A stretch of DNA of 64,000 nucleotides from Alphaproteobacteria bacterium (GTDB taxonomy: Bacteria > Pseudomonadota > Alphaproteobacteria > Bin95). The translations under genes were made by a program, and so were the position numbers. How positions within the stretch are numbered: position 1 is the stretch's first letter; every line of letters begins with the position of its first letter. Below are positions 9,318-18,369 of this stretch, piece by piece. The DNA is taken from positions 736,001 to 800,000 of the forward strand of contig CAXXWS020000003.1 in NCBI GenBank assembly GCA_963665325.3. The letters are read 5' to 3'. The notes beneath the pieces were generated by a model, which saw only the letters and a list, made by a program, of their open reading frames with translations, was not told where the DNA came from and made no database searches.

Positions 9318-10195
9318 CGGCAGCGCTCGACATGCTCGAGAATGGCGCGGGCGGTGAACTCCGGGTCCTCCTCCGGCACGAAATGGCCGCTGTCCTCCGC
9401 GATCAGCCCCCGGACGTCGGTCGCCACGCGGCGCATCGACGCCTCGACCTCGCCGGCCCGCCCGAAAGCGTCCGTCCGTCCGCCGCCGATGGCGAGCACC
9501 GGCATGGGCAGCCGGAAGCCGGTGGCCAGCAGCGCCTCATTGTCGGCGGCGTCCCGCGGCAGGTTGCGGTAGAAGGCGAAGCCCGCGCGAAGCGCCTCGG
9601 GGTCGGTGTAGGTGCGGAGATATTCTTCCACGGCCCCGGCGTCGATGGCCTCGGGGCGCGCGGAATAGGCCCGGTAGAACCAGCCGAGATAGGTGCGCTC
9701 GCGCCCGCCCACCAGCGCCTCCGGCAGCTCCGGCGTGCGGTGGAAGGCATGGTGCCAGCGCCGCCCGCCCTGCGAGAACTCCCCGCCGTCGCCGGGGATC
9801 ACCACGTCGATGACAGTGAGGCTCAGCACCGCTTCCGGATGCTGCGCGGCGAGCGCGAAGGCGGTCGGGCCGCCCCAGTCATGGCCGACGAGGTGCCAGC
9901 GGTCGAGGCCGAGATGCCCGGAGAGCAGCCGGAAGATGTCCTCCGAAACGGTCCGCTTGTCGTAGCCGTCCGCCGGCCGCGAGGAATCGCCGAGGCCGCG
10001 CAGGTCGGGCGCGATAACCGGATGGCGCTCCGCAATCGCCGGCATGACATGGCGCCACTCGTACCAGGTCTCCGGCCAGCCGTGCAGCAGCACGACCGGC
10101 GGCGAAGTGCGCGGGTCCGCGCCGGCCGCCGCGTAATGGATCCTCGCCTCGCCCAGGTCGGCGAAGGCGTGGGCGAATTCCGGGGACGGGCTCAT
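9314..10195 (-). CDS. alpha/beta hydrolase (epoxide hydrolase-like)
   Basis: LLHGWPETWYEW, PDLRGLGDS, VGHDWGG, SGHFVPEE. Confidence 0.92.
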   Translation of the reverse strand: MSPSPEFAHAFADLGEARIHYAAAGADPRTSPPVVLLHGWPETWYEWRHVMPAIAERHPVIAPDLRGLGDSSRPADGYDKRTVSEDIFRLLSGHLGLDRWHLVGHDWGGPTAFALAAQHPEAVLSLTVIDVVIPGDGGEFSQGGRRWHHAFHRTPELPEALVGGRERTYLGWFYRAYSARPEAIDAGAVEEYLRTYTDPEALRAGFAFYRNLPRDAADNEALLATGFRLPMPVLAIGGGRTDAFGRAGEVEASMRRVATDVRGLIAEDSGHFVPEEDPEFTARAILEHVERCR

Positions 10196-10254
10196 GCGCG
10201 CTCCTCCGCTCGACGCCAGCGGGCTCCTGCCGCCCGCAGGCGGAGAGACTGTCG

Positions 10255-10832
10255 AGAGTGTCATGATATGTCATGTTTCGTCATGCGGCCCGGCGGAAAT
10301 GTCATGTTTTGCCATGATCCGCCGCGCCTCCCATCCCGCTGCCGTCCGTCCGTTCCCGCATGCCGTTCCTCCATCCTGTTTTGTTCCACTACGTTCCCGC
10401 CGCCGCGCTGGGCGCGGCAAACGTTGCAGATGGCGGCGTTGACGCCGCCGCGCCGAACGCGGCGAACATTGCAGATGGCGGCGTTCCTGCCGCCGCCGCC
10501 GCGCCGAACGCGGCGAACATTGCCGATGGCGTTCCTGCCGCCGCCGCCGGCCAGCCCGGGCGGTGGGACCCTGTTTCGCGCGTATCGCGCCCCCGCGCCC
10601 GCCCGTCGGCGCGCGTTAGCGCCGGCGCGGTTCGCGCGCCTGATTGCGCATGTGCGCGCGAGCGCCCAAGCGCAGGGCGCACGTCTCCCCTTCGTTTCGA
10701 TGGGGTTTTTTCGCGCCGGCGCCGGCGCGAAGGGAAGCGGCCTCCGGATGCCGCGTCCTCCCGCCAATCTGGGCGCGGCTCGTTCGGATGTCAAGCTAAT
10801 TTAAGAAATATTTCCGATTTCCGTGAACATCA
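10255..10832 (-). repeat. dispersed ~500-bp non-coding element, copy B (contains a 45-bp tandem array)
   Basis: Reverse complement of the 1210-1700 element. GTCATG at 10260, 10270, 10280 and 10301. On the minus strand, TTGACA-N17-CAGATT follows an A/T-rich tract. Confidence 0.85.
10398..10550. repeat. ~45-bp tandem repeat array (3+ units)
   Basis: Unit GCCGCCGCGCCGAACGCGGCGAACATTGCAGATGGCGGCGTTGAC. AAC(G/A)TT recurs at 10420, 10465 and 10516. The same unit occurs at 14689-14830. Confidence 0.9.
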
Positions 10833-10854
10833 CGCATGTAATGCGGCAGAAAAG

Positions 10855-10886
10855 CCCTCTCGCTCAGGGAGAGGGTCGGGCGGGGG
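10855..10886. repeat. REP-like hairpin
   Basis: CCCTCTC-GCTCAGG-GAGAGGG followed by TCGGGCGGGGG; resembles the hairpins at 14620 and 14853. Confidence 0.5.
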
Positions 10887-10945
10887 TTGCACGAAGCGCG
10901 GAGCAGCCGGGCCGCGATTCGCCGCAACGCGCCCGTTCGCCGGGC

Positions 10946-11140
10946 TCATTCAAGCGAAACGGGCCGCCCCGGTGTCTTGTCCCGCGAAACGAAAACAGCC
11001 CATTCCTCATCCGTCAGCGCGGCCTGGCGGCCGATCTCCGCGAGAAGCGACCCCGGCCCGGCGCGGCCATCGGGCCTGGCGGCCTCGTCGAGACCCCGGC
11101 GGGTTTCGTCCGGCAGGTTTCGGATTGTCGGATCGGTCAT
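10946..11140 (-). pseudogene. internally deleted FitA/StbC-like ribbon-helix-helix antitoxin, no adjacent toxin
   Basis: TIRNLPDETRRGL...GSLLAEIGRQAALTDEEWAVF..RDKTPGRPVSLE matches both ends of this family, but the central RA..HGRS.EAE.R.IL block is missing. Confidence 0.6.
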
Positions 11141-11279
11141 GTCCAGCCTCCCTTAACGCCGCCATTCCGGCAAGAGATACGCGAATCGGCTTCCTAATAC
11201 AGCGCCTTTGCTCTGAACGGTTTAGCGAGAGGCGCGCTAAGGGGCTTTCGCGGGCGGCGGTCGCCGCTATGGTCTCGCC

Positions 11280-11900
11280 ATGAGCGAATCGGATGTGCAG
11301 ACCGAGCGGCAGGAGGACGGCATTGACGTCGCCGAAGTCGGTGCCTTCATCGACTGCTGGGAGAGGTCCGGCGGCCCGGAATCGGCGAATTTCCAGATGT
11401 TTGCGGGCAAACTCTGCGACCTACTCGGCCTGCCCAAGCCCGACCCCTCGGAGGAGCGGAACGAATACAACGACTACACTCTCGAGCGGCGCGTCGACTT
11501 CAAGCATGACGACGGCAGCAACAGCCAAAATGGATAGGCCTTTACGGGCGCGGCTGCTTCGTCAAGGAGGCGAAGCAGTCCGCCAAACGGGCCTGCCGGA
11601 AGGCCAGGCGCCACGACGCCTTCGTCGCATAAGAGGCCCGAACAGGAGGAGGCCGCCGTCGGCAAGCCGACATGCCCGAGGGACCAGTTGGACCGCATCC
11701 GCGCGCTCGGCGACATGCTGGGCCAGGTCGCCGCCCCGGCAAACGCGGAAATGCTGAGCGAAGCCTTCAAGGGCAAAAATTCGCCCCGCCCGCGGAAAGC
11801 GGTGGAAAAGACCCTCGAAACCCCCGCCGCCGCCGACGCAGCGTAAAAGGCGAGCGACGAGCAATACGGCGAGAGCTGCTATTTCATTCCCCAATAGAGT
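11280..11900 (+). pseudogene. MmeI-like/type IIL restriction-methyltransferase remnant (N- and C-termini only)
   Basis: AFIDCWERSGGPESANFQMF..LCDLLGLPKPDP...ERRV, then a frameshift to IGLYGRGCFVKEAKQ, then directly a C-terminal-type segment DQLDRIRALGDML...AFKGKNSPRPRKAVEKTLET. No methyltransferase motifs remain. Confidence 0.7.
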
Positions 11901-12101
11901 CACCACCGCCGCCATGCACTTAATCGCTCTTGGGCCTATTTCCGGTTCTCACCGCGGGTTCCCGACAGCGGTGACTGGGGGATGATCAGGTTAGCATAGA
12001 AGCTGGTCATCTGGTGCATATCAGACTACGATGCCCCGAACGCGGGCCGACCCTCAGGAATCGGCCCCATTCTTGTGAATGACGGTTATCGGAACAGCAA
12101 A

Positions 12102-13400
12102 ATGCACGAAGCACTATCGAATATTCAAGACGAACTAAAGACGTTAATTGACATGTTGCAAGCGCAGATACCGAATGATGAACCATTTGGCAATGCACAT
12201 GGAAATTGGTCCTTTCCTGGACTTTCCAAGAGTGAATTGATAGAAGAAATTCAATCCACCATTGAATTTATTGAGGATCATGAAACAGAACAGTTGGGTG
12301 AATTTGAGCAGAGAATTTACGACTATGAACGTAGATTAAGTCATCTGCACAATCAAACCATTCCAAACATGTGGGGTAATGCAGGATAGGCTGTTCCTGC
12401 ATTTATGCTTACTATTCAGGGCTTGCGCAAAGTTCTTGCATCAGCAATAGCAACAGATGATCGTGCAGAGACAATGCGGAGATTGCGCAGTTTGAAAGCT
12501 CAAGTAGCCCGTATGGAAGCGCAATTCAATGATCTAGAGCCGACCGCTTCTTCTATCAATGAAATGGCCGGACGCATTGTTGATGCACATGATACAGCGG
12601 AGCAATTGCCAGAAAGTCTGGAATCTCTCAGGGAAGCTCGAGAGACAATTTCAAGAATTTCCGATGAAGTCAAAGCAAACAGAGATAAGATAGGCAACGC
12701 GAAAAAGCTATCTGATGAAATTGTTGGAGAATTGGAACGAATCGAAGGTGCCGCGGAAGGCGTGTTGAAACGATGCGAAACTGTATATGCGGCGGCTACC
12801 AGTGTTGGGTTGGCTGCATCATTCGATGAACGGTCCAAATCTTTGTCTTAGTCTATGTGGTTTTGGGTTGCAGGTCTTGCGGGTGCTCTCCTTGTTGGTG
12901 GCTTCTTGGGCACTATGCAAATTCGTGATCTGTTGAATATTCTAGATGCTAATAATACATCGGGATCTGTAGTAGTGATGAATGCAGTTTTATCCCTATT
13001 CTCTGTTGGTGTTCCGATCTGGTTTGCCTGGCTTGCAACGAAACAAATTGGCCAGAGATTTAGACTGTCTGAAGATTACGGATACATAGCTTCTATCGCT
13101 CGAGCATATGAAGGATTTCGGCGTGAAGCTGCAAGAATCGATAAAGATATGGAAGCACAATTGCTTGCCTCGGCATTGAACCACCTCGATGAGTTACCTC
13201 TCCGTCTGGTAGAACACGATAGCCATGGCAGCCCGTGGCATGAACTCGCGTCATCGGAAGTCGTGAAGGGAGCAATGAGAAATGTTCCGGGATTTCCTAG
13301 ACAGGTGAAGGAACTCGCAAGCAAAGCTGTTGGAACGATTACGCGTTCCAAGGCGGATTCGAAGGTGGCACCGCAGCAAAGAATTGAGCCCGACGAGTAG
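12102..13400 (+). pseudogene. AT-rich coiled-coil/membrane protein gene interrupted by two in-frame TAG codons
   Basis: ORFs 12075-12389, 12405-12851 and 12855-13400 are all in one frame, separated only by TAG at 12387 and 12849. Coiled coil, then two TM helices, then the RLSEDYGY.AS.A.AYEGFR motif. Confidence 0.75.
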
Positions 13401-13442
13401 GGGGAGGCTTGGCCGCGGCGGAAGGGCCTTTCGCAGTACCCC

Positions 13443-14597
13443 TCACCCCAGCCGCCGGTCAAGCTCCGCGAGGCACGCAGCGCGGTCCGGCTGGAAGGCG
13501 TGGGCGATCCACCAGTCTTCCAGGTCTCGGAGCAGGCGGCCTAGCGCCGGGCCGGGGGGGAGGTCTCGCGCGCGCAGGTCCCGGCCCGCGAGCGGGAAGG
13601 GTGGGGGCGGCGGCTCCGCCAGCAGCGCCTCGCCGGTTTCGTCGCCGCCGGCCAGGAGCAGGCGGTCGGTGAAGCGCGCCCGGCCCTCGCGGTAGAGCGT
13701 GGTGCGGTCCAGCGGCTTCGGCCCGGCCAGGGCTTGCAGGCGTTCGGCCTCGGCCGTGCTGAGGCGGAGGCGGCCGGGGTCCGGGCGGTCCAGCAGGGCG
13801 GCGAGGCGGCGGACGGGATCGGGGCGTTCGTTGAGCCGGGCTTCCGCCTCCACGGTCCGCGCAAGGCGGTCGGTCCTCTCCGCCGCCGGCAATATCGGGC
13901 GGAACACGCCGCGCGCCGCCATCAGGGCAGCGGCCGGCGCGGGGTCAGGCGCGGCCAGCAGGCCCAGCGTCTCCGCCTTGAGCCGCTCGCCGGAGAGGGT
14001 CTCCATGAGGGGTGCGAGCCGCACCGCGGCTTCCAGGCTGGCGGGGTCGCCGGGAAGGCTGCCGAAGACCGCCGTGAAGCGGAAGAAGCGCAGCACCCGC
14101 AGCACATCCTCCCTGATGCGCCGTTCCGGGTCGCCGACGAAGCGCACGATGCCCGCGGCGAGGTCCTCCCGGCCGCCGAAATAGTCGAACAGCCGGCCCT
14201 CCGGACTTGCGGACATGGCGTTCACGGTAAAGTCGCGCCGGGCGGCGTCCTCGCGCCAGTCCCGCGTCCAGGCCACGACGGCCCGCCGCCCGTCGGTGAC
14301 GACATCGCGGCGCAGCGAGGCCACCTCGCAATGGCGCCTCCCGCCGATAGCCAGCACGACGCCGTGGTCGATACCGTAGGTGCGGACCTTGAGGCCCGCC
14401 GCCTCCAGCCGCCGCACGGTCTCGGGCGGCTCCTCGGGCGTGGCGATGTCGATATCGCCGACCGGCCGCCCGGCAAGCGCATCGCGCACCGCGCCGCCGA
14501 CGAAGCGGCACTCGCCGAGAGCCTCCACGATGCGCGCGATGTCGGGATCGCGCATCCATTCCGCCGCAGGGGCGAATCCGCTCAATGCAGGACTCAT
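13443..14597 (-). CDS. cca: CCA tRNA nucleotidyltransferase
   Basis: FVGGAVRDAL, DIDIAT, DAARRDFTVNAM, RIREDVLRVLRFFRF, LSGER. Confidence 0.92.
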   Translation of the reverse strand: MSPALSGFAPAAEWMRDPDIARIVEALGECRFVGGAVRDALAGRPVGDIDIATPEEPPETVRRLEAAGLKVRTYGIDHGVVLAIGGRRHCEVASLRRDVVTDGRRAVVAWTRDWREDAARRDFTVNAMSASPEGRLFDYFGGREDLAAGIVRFVGDPERRIREDVLRVLRFFRFTAVFGSLPGDPASLEAAVRLAPLMETLSGERLKAETLGLLAAPDPAPAAALMAARGVFRPILPAAERTDRLARTVEAEARLNERPDPVRRLAALLDRPDPGRLRLSTAEAERLQALAGPKPLDRTTLYREGRARFTDRLLLAGGDETGEALLAEPPPPPFPLAGRDLRARDLPPGPALGRLLRDLEDWWIAHAFQPDRAACLAELDRRLG

Positions 14598-14619
14598 GCC
14601 CGGGGGCGCCGTGTTGCCT

Positions 14620-14890
14620 CCCCTCCCGCCCGGCGGGAGGGGGCGGGGGAGGGCCTCTCGGCGTGACGGGCGTTCGCCGGGCTTCGCCCGCCGCCGCGCC
14701 GAGCGCGGCGAACATTATCAATGGCGGCGTTGACGCCGCCGCGCCGAACGCGGCGAACATTACGAATGGGGGCGTTGACGCCGCCGCGCCGAACGCGCCG
14801 AACATTACGAATGGGGGCGCCAGCGCCGCCGCTTCCGCTGGCGCGGAAGCGGGCCCCCACCCGGCCTCCCCCACAAGCGGGGGAGGAGAG
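14620..14890. repeat. composite intergenic repeat: inverted REP-like hairpins flanking a 45-bp x3 tandem array
   Basis: CCCCTCCCGCC-C-GGCGGGAGGGG (14620-14642) and CCTCCCCC-ACAAGC-GGGGGAGG (about 14865-14886) flank a 45-bp period array with AACATT at 14711, 14756 and 14801. Confidence 0.8.
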
Positions 14891-14934
14891 TGCCGGCTGC
14901 AGTCGACATCGGTTCCGGTCGAAAACCGCCGGTA

Positions 14935-15198
14935 TCAATCCGCCACCTTGCCGGGCACCAGCTCGCCGTCCACCACCCTGGGCGGGCTGTAGGTTCCCTC
15001 CGGATCGGAGGTGCCGGTCAGCGCCCAGTAGCCGAGCAGCAGCGCGACGAGGCCGAAGCCCGAGACCAGGATTGCGTTCCAGGGCGCGTCGCGGAACCAG
15101 CCGGGTGCGGGCCGCCCGTCGCGGATGACGATCCACGCCATGTAGAGCAGCAGCGGGATCGACGCTGCGAGCAGGAGCTGGACGATGACCTTCAGCAT
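14935..15198 (-). CDS. small membrane protein (DUF6111-like)
   Basis: Two TM helices and the C-terminal GTYSPPRVVDGELVPG motif; conserved position between NUDIX and cca. Confidence 0.75.
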   Translation of the reverse strand: MLKVIVQLLLAASIPLLLYMAWIVIRDGRPAPGWFRDAPWNAILVSGFGLVALLLGYWALTGTSDPEGTYSPPRVVDGELVPGKVAD

Positions 15199-15827
15199 GG
15201 TTTTCCCGTCAGCGTGTCGTGGAGGTTCACCAGCATGCCGGCGGTCGCTCCCCAGATGCGGTAGCCCCGGTAAGGCAGCACATAGTAATGCCGTTGGAGC
15301 CCGTCGCGGAACATGGTCTCGCGCTTGTGGTTCGCCGGGTCCAGCACGAAGGCGAGCGGCACCTCGAAGGCCTCCTCCACCTCGAAGGGATCGACGGTGA
15401 GCTCGAAGGGCGGCTCGACCCAGCCGATCACCGGCGTCACCGCATAGGCGCTGGTCGTCTCGTACACCTCCAGCTGGCCCAGTATCTCGACAAGGCGGCG
15501 GTCGAGACCGACCTCCTCCTCCGTCTCGCGGAGCGCCGTTTCCAGTATGTCGGTGTCGTCCGGCTCGCGCCCCCCGCCGGGGAAGGCGATCTGGCCGGCA
15601 TGCTGCTTGAGGTGGTGCGTGCGCTGGGTGAGCAGGACCGTCGGGCCCCCGGGCCGGGCCACAAGCGCCACCAGCACGCCGGCCGGCTTCAGCGCGCGGC
15701 CGTTGGCGAAGGCGGGCCGGCCGTCGGGCAGCAGGTCAAAGTCGCTGCGCTTCGGCGGCGTCAGCCCGTCCGCCCCGGCGGCGAGCCCCGCCGCGTCGAG
15801 GCACGCAACCACCTCCTCACGCGTCAT
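15192..15827 (-). CDS. CoA pyrophosphatase (NUDIX, NudL-like)
   Basis: VLLTQR...HAGQIAFPGG..E..D.....TALRETEEEVG, IWGATAGML. Confidence 0.92.
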   Translation of the reverse strand: MTREEVVACLDAAGLAAGADGLTPPKRSDFDLLPDGRPAFANGRALKPAGVLVALVARPGGPTVLLTQRTHHLKQHAGQIAFPGGGREPDDTDILETALRETEEEVGLDRRLVEILGQLEVYETTSAYAVTPVIGWVEPPFELTVDPFEVEEAFEVPLAFVLDPANHKRETMFRDGLQRHYYVLPYRGYRIWGATAGMLVNLHDTLTGKPC

Positions 15828-16389
15828 CGTCGAGCGCTCCCAGATCGAACATTTCCCCCCCGCTCCATACGACGTATCCGGTGTCCATCTCTTCCGCCAG
15901 TTCCGCAAGCTCGTACCACGGCGCGCGCAGCACCGCCGCCTCTATGCCCGGCCGCACGAGCAGGTAGGGCCGTTCGGCGAGTCGGAGCGGATGGCCGGAG
16001 CCGAGCGGCACCCATTCGTCGATATTGGTGCGGAAGCGGATCCGCTGCTGCCGGCCCTCCCCTTCCGCCTGCATTTCGACCGCGACGAACGGGGCGTCCT
16101 CCACTTCGATTTCGACCCGCTCCACCGGGGTTTCCAGCAGGTAGCCGCCATCGGGTCCGCGCTTGAGCACCGTGCTGAACAGCCTGACCAGCGCCGGGCG
16201 GCGAAACGGCAGGCCGTTATGGAACCAGACGCCGTTGCGGTCTATGCGCAGGCCGCCATATGTTGACGCGCGCCGACGCGCATCCTGTGTTGACGCGCCT
16301 CCACGCGCATCGTGCGTTGACGCGCGTCCACGCGCATCGTGCGGCGGCGGGTCCATCGAATATTTGCCGATCTCTACTTGCCGGGTCAT
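15817..16389 (-). CDS. DUF1285 domain protein
   Basis: LRIDRNGVWFHNG.P..R..LVRLFSTVL..., LETPVERVEIEVEDAPFVAV. The N-terminus has three 9-aa repeats. Confidence 0.88.
   Translation of the reverse strand: MTRQVEIGKYSMDPPPHDARGRASTHDARGGASTQDARRRASTYGGLRIDRNGVWFHNGLPFRRPALVRLFSTVLKRGPDGGYLLETPVERVEIEVEDAPFVAVEMQAEGEGRQQRIRFRTNIDEWVPLGSGHPLRLAERPYLLVRPGIEAAVLRAPWYELAELAEEMDTGYVVWSGGEMFDLGALDDDA
16262..16342. repeat. 27-bp tandem repeat x3 inside the DUF1285 N-terminus
   Basis: GTTGACGCG at 16262, 16289 and 16316; encodes HDARGRAST/HDARGGAST/QDARRRAST. Confidence 0.9.
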
Positions 16390-16478
16390 GGCGGTGCCAT
16401 AATAGGGCAGTATGTCCGCGCCGGAAGGCCCGCGCCTTTCCCTCTACGGGCGCGGCGGCGTCAAGGAGGCCCCGTTCC

Positions 16479-17489
16479 ATGCAGCCACTCCGAACCGGCC
16501 CGGAAGACGCCTCCGGGGACGTCGTCGCCGGGCGCATCGACGCCGCGGCAGCGCGGCTCGACGAAGCCTCGGCCGCGATAGCGGAGGTGATTTTCGGCCA
16601 GGGTCCTGTGGTCGAACAGGCGATCGTCACCCTGGTCGCCGACGGCCACGGGCTGCTGGTCGGCGTGCCGGGCCTCGGCAAGACGCTGCTCGTCGAGACC
16701 CTGTCGCGGGTGTTCGGCCTGGACCGCCGGCGGGTGCAGTTCACTCCAGACCTTATGCCGACCGACATCCTTGGCTCCGAGATACTGGAGGACAACGGGG
16801 ACGGCAGGCGTTTCCGCTATCTCGAGGGGCCGGTATTCACCCAACTGCTGATGGCGGACGAGATCAACCGCGCCAGCCCGCGCACGCAGTCGGCGCTGCT
16901 CCAGGCCATGCAGGAGCGCCAGGTCTCGGTCGCCGGGCACCCGCGGCCCCTGCCGCGGCCCTTCCATGTGCTCGCGACCCAGAACCCGATCGAGCAGGAA
17001 GGCACTTATCCGCTTCCCGAGGCGCAGCTCGACCGCTTCCTGCTCCAGATCGACGTGGCCTATCCCGATGTCGAGACCGAGAAGACGATCCTGCTGAAGA
17101 CCACCGGCGGCGAGTCGCAGGAGGCGCGCCCTACCGTGGCGGCCGAGGAATTGCTGGAGCTGCAGGAGCTGGCGCGGCTCATGCCGATTGGCGAGAAGGT
17201 GCTGGCGGCAATTCTCGACCTGGTCCGGCGCGGCAGGCCGGAAAGCGCGGAGGACAGGCGCATTGCCGAATGGATCTCCTGGGGACCCGGCCCGAGGGCC
17301 GGGCAGGCGCTGATGCGCTGTGCGCGGGCGCGGGCCCTGCTGCAGGGCCGGCTGTCGCCCTCGGTCGAGGATGTGAGGGCGTTGGCCGGCCCGGTGCTGC
17401 GCCACAGGCTGGTGCTTTCCTATGCCGCGAGGGCGGAGGGGATAGACGTTGACCATGTCATCGCCTGTCTGACCGCCTCGCTGGACTGA
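16479..17489 (+). CDS. moxR: MoxR family AAA ATPase
   Basis: GVPGLGKT, QFTPDLMPTDI, MADEINRASPRTQSALL, TQNPIEQEGTYPLPEAQLDRF. Confidence 0.95.
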   Translation: MQPLRTGPEDASGDVVAGRIDAAAARLDEASAAIAEVIFGQGPVVEQAIVTLVADGHGLLVGVPGLGKTLLVETLSRVFGLDRRRVQFTPDLMPTDILGSEILEDNGDGRRFRYLEGPVFTQLLMADEINRASPRTQSALLQAMQERQVSVAGHPRPLPRPFHVLATQNPIEQEGTYPLPEAQLDRFLLQIDVAYPDVETEKTILLKTTGGESQEARPTVAAEELLELQELARLMPIGEKVLAAILDLVRRGRPESAEDRRIAEWISWGPGPRAGQALMRCARARALLQGRLSPSVEDVRALAGPVLRHRLVLSYAARAEGIDVDHVIACLTASLD

Positions 17490-17502
17490 GCGAGCGGCTG
17501 CC

Positions 17503-18369
17503 GTGCCCGTGGCCGCCGCCGAACGGCTCTCCGCCGGCCTGCCGGCGCCCACGATCGCCGCGCTCCGGGTGGCGGAAACGGTCAGCGCCGGCTCCCACGG
17601 TCTCCGGCGGCCGGGGCCGGGCTACGATTTCTGGCAATTCCGCCTCTACCGCCCGGGAGACCCCGTGCGCGCCGTCGACTGGCGGCGCTCGGCACGGGAC
17701 GGCCGGGTGCTGATCAGCGAGCGCGAGCGCGATGCCGCGCAGACCTTCTGGCTCTGGGAAGACCGTTCGGCCTCCATGGACTGGCGCGGGGCGCGGACGC
17801 GGGAAACGAAGGCCGACCGCGCCCGCCTGCTCATCCTCGCCGCGGCCACGCTGTTGATGCGCGCCGGCCACCAGGTGGCGCCCATCGGCCCTGCGCCCGG
17901 CCGCTACCGCCACGAACGGCGCCTGGCCGAGCTTTCGCTGGCGCTCGACCGCGCGCCTCCCATCGCCGGCCTGCCCCGCAATCTCGGCTTCGGGAAATAC
18001 GCCCAGGCGCTGCTTGTGGGCGATTTCCTCGATTCGGCCGGCACGATCGAACCCCTGTTCCGCCGGCTGGCGGACGCCGGCGTGCGCGGCCACATCGTCC
18101 AGGTGCTCGACCCGGCGGAGACCGGGCTGCCGATGCGGGGCAGGCGGCGGTTCGTCGGCCTGGAGGGCGAGGGTGAACTCCTCGTGCGCCGCGTGGGAGG
18201 CCTTCGCGCCGCCTATCGCGAGCGCCTCGATGCGCATAACGAGGCCCTGAGGGGCCGCGCCGCGCAACTCGGCTGGACCGTGCTCCGGCACGTGACCGAC
18301 GCACCGCCGGTCTCGGCTCTGCTGGCGCTTGTCGGCCAGCTCTCCGAGCGGCCCGACCGGCTGTGCTGA
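17503..18369 (+). CDS. DUF58 domain protein
   Basis: G.HG.RR.G.G.DFWQFR.Y.PGD....VDWRRSAR, WEDRSASM, VGDFL. Confidence 0.9.
   Translation: MPVAAAERLSAGLPAPTIAALRVAETVSAGSHGLRRPGPGYDFWQFRLYRPGDPVRAVDWRRSARDGRVLISERERDAAQTFWLWEDRSASMDWRGARTRETKADRARLLILAAATLLMRAGHQVAPIGPAPGRYRHERRLAELSLALDRAPPIAGLPRNLGFGKYAQALLVGDFLDSAGTIEPLFRRLADAGVRGHIVQVLDPAETGLPMRGRRRFVGLEGEGELLVRRVGGLRAAYRERLDAHNEALRGRAAQLGWTVLRHVTDAPPVSALLALVGQLSERPDRLC

Noticed and set aside
10360-11283. ORFs translating the repeat regions (AAAPNAANIADGGV repeats; also 14585-14992)
   Set aside because: Open frames arise from 45-bp GC-rich units; there is no RBS or family evidence, so they are treated as non-coding.
10398-14830. 45-bp arrays (10398-10550, 14689-14830) and CATGAC clusters as CRISPR arrays
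   Set aside because: Units are contiguous tandem copies without unique spacers, and there are no cas genes in the window.
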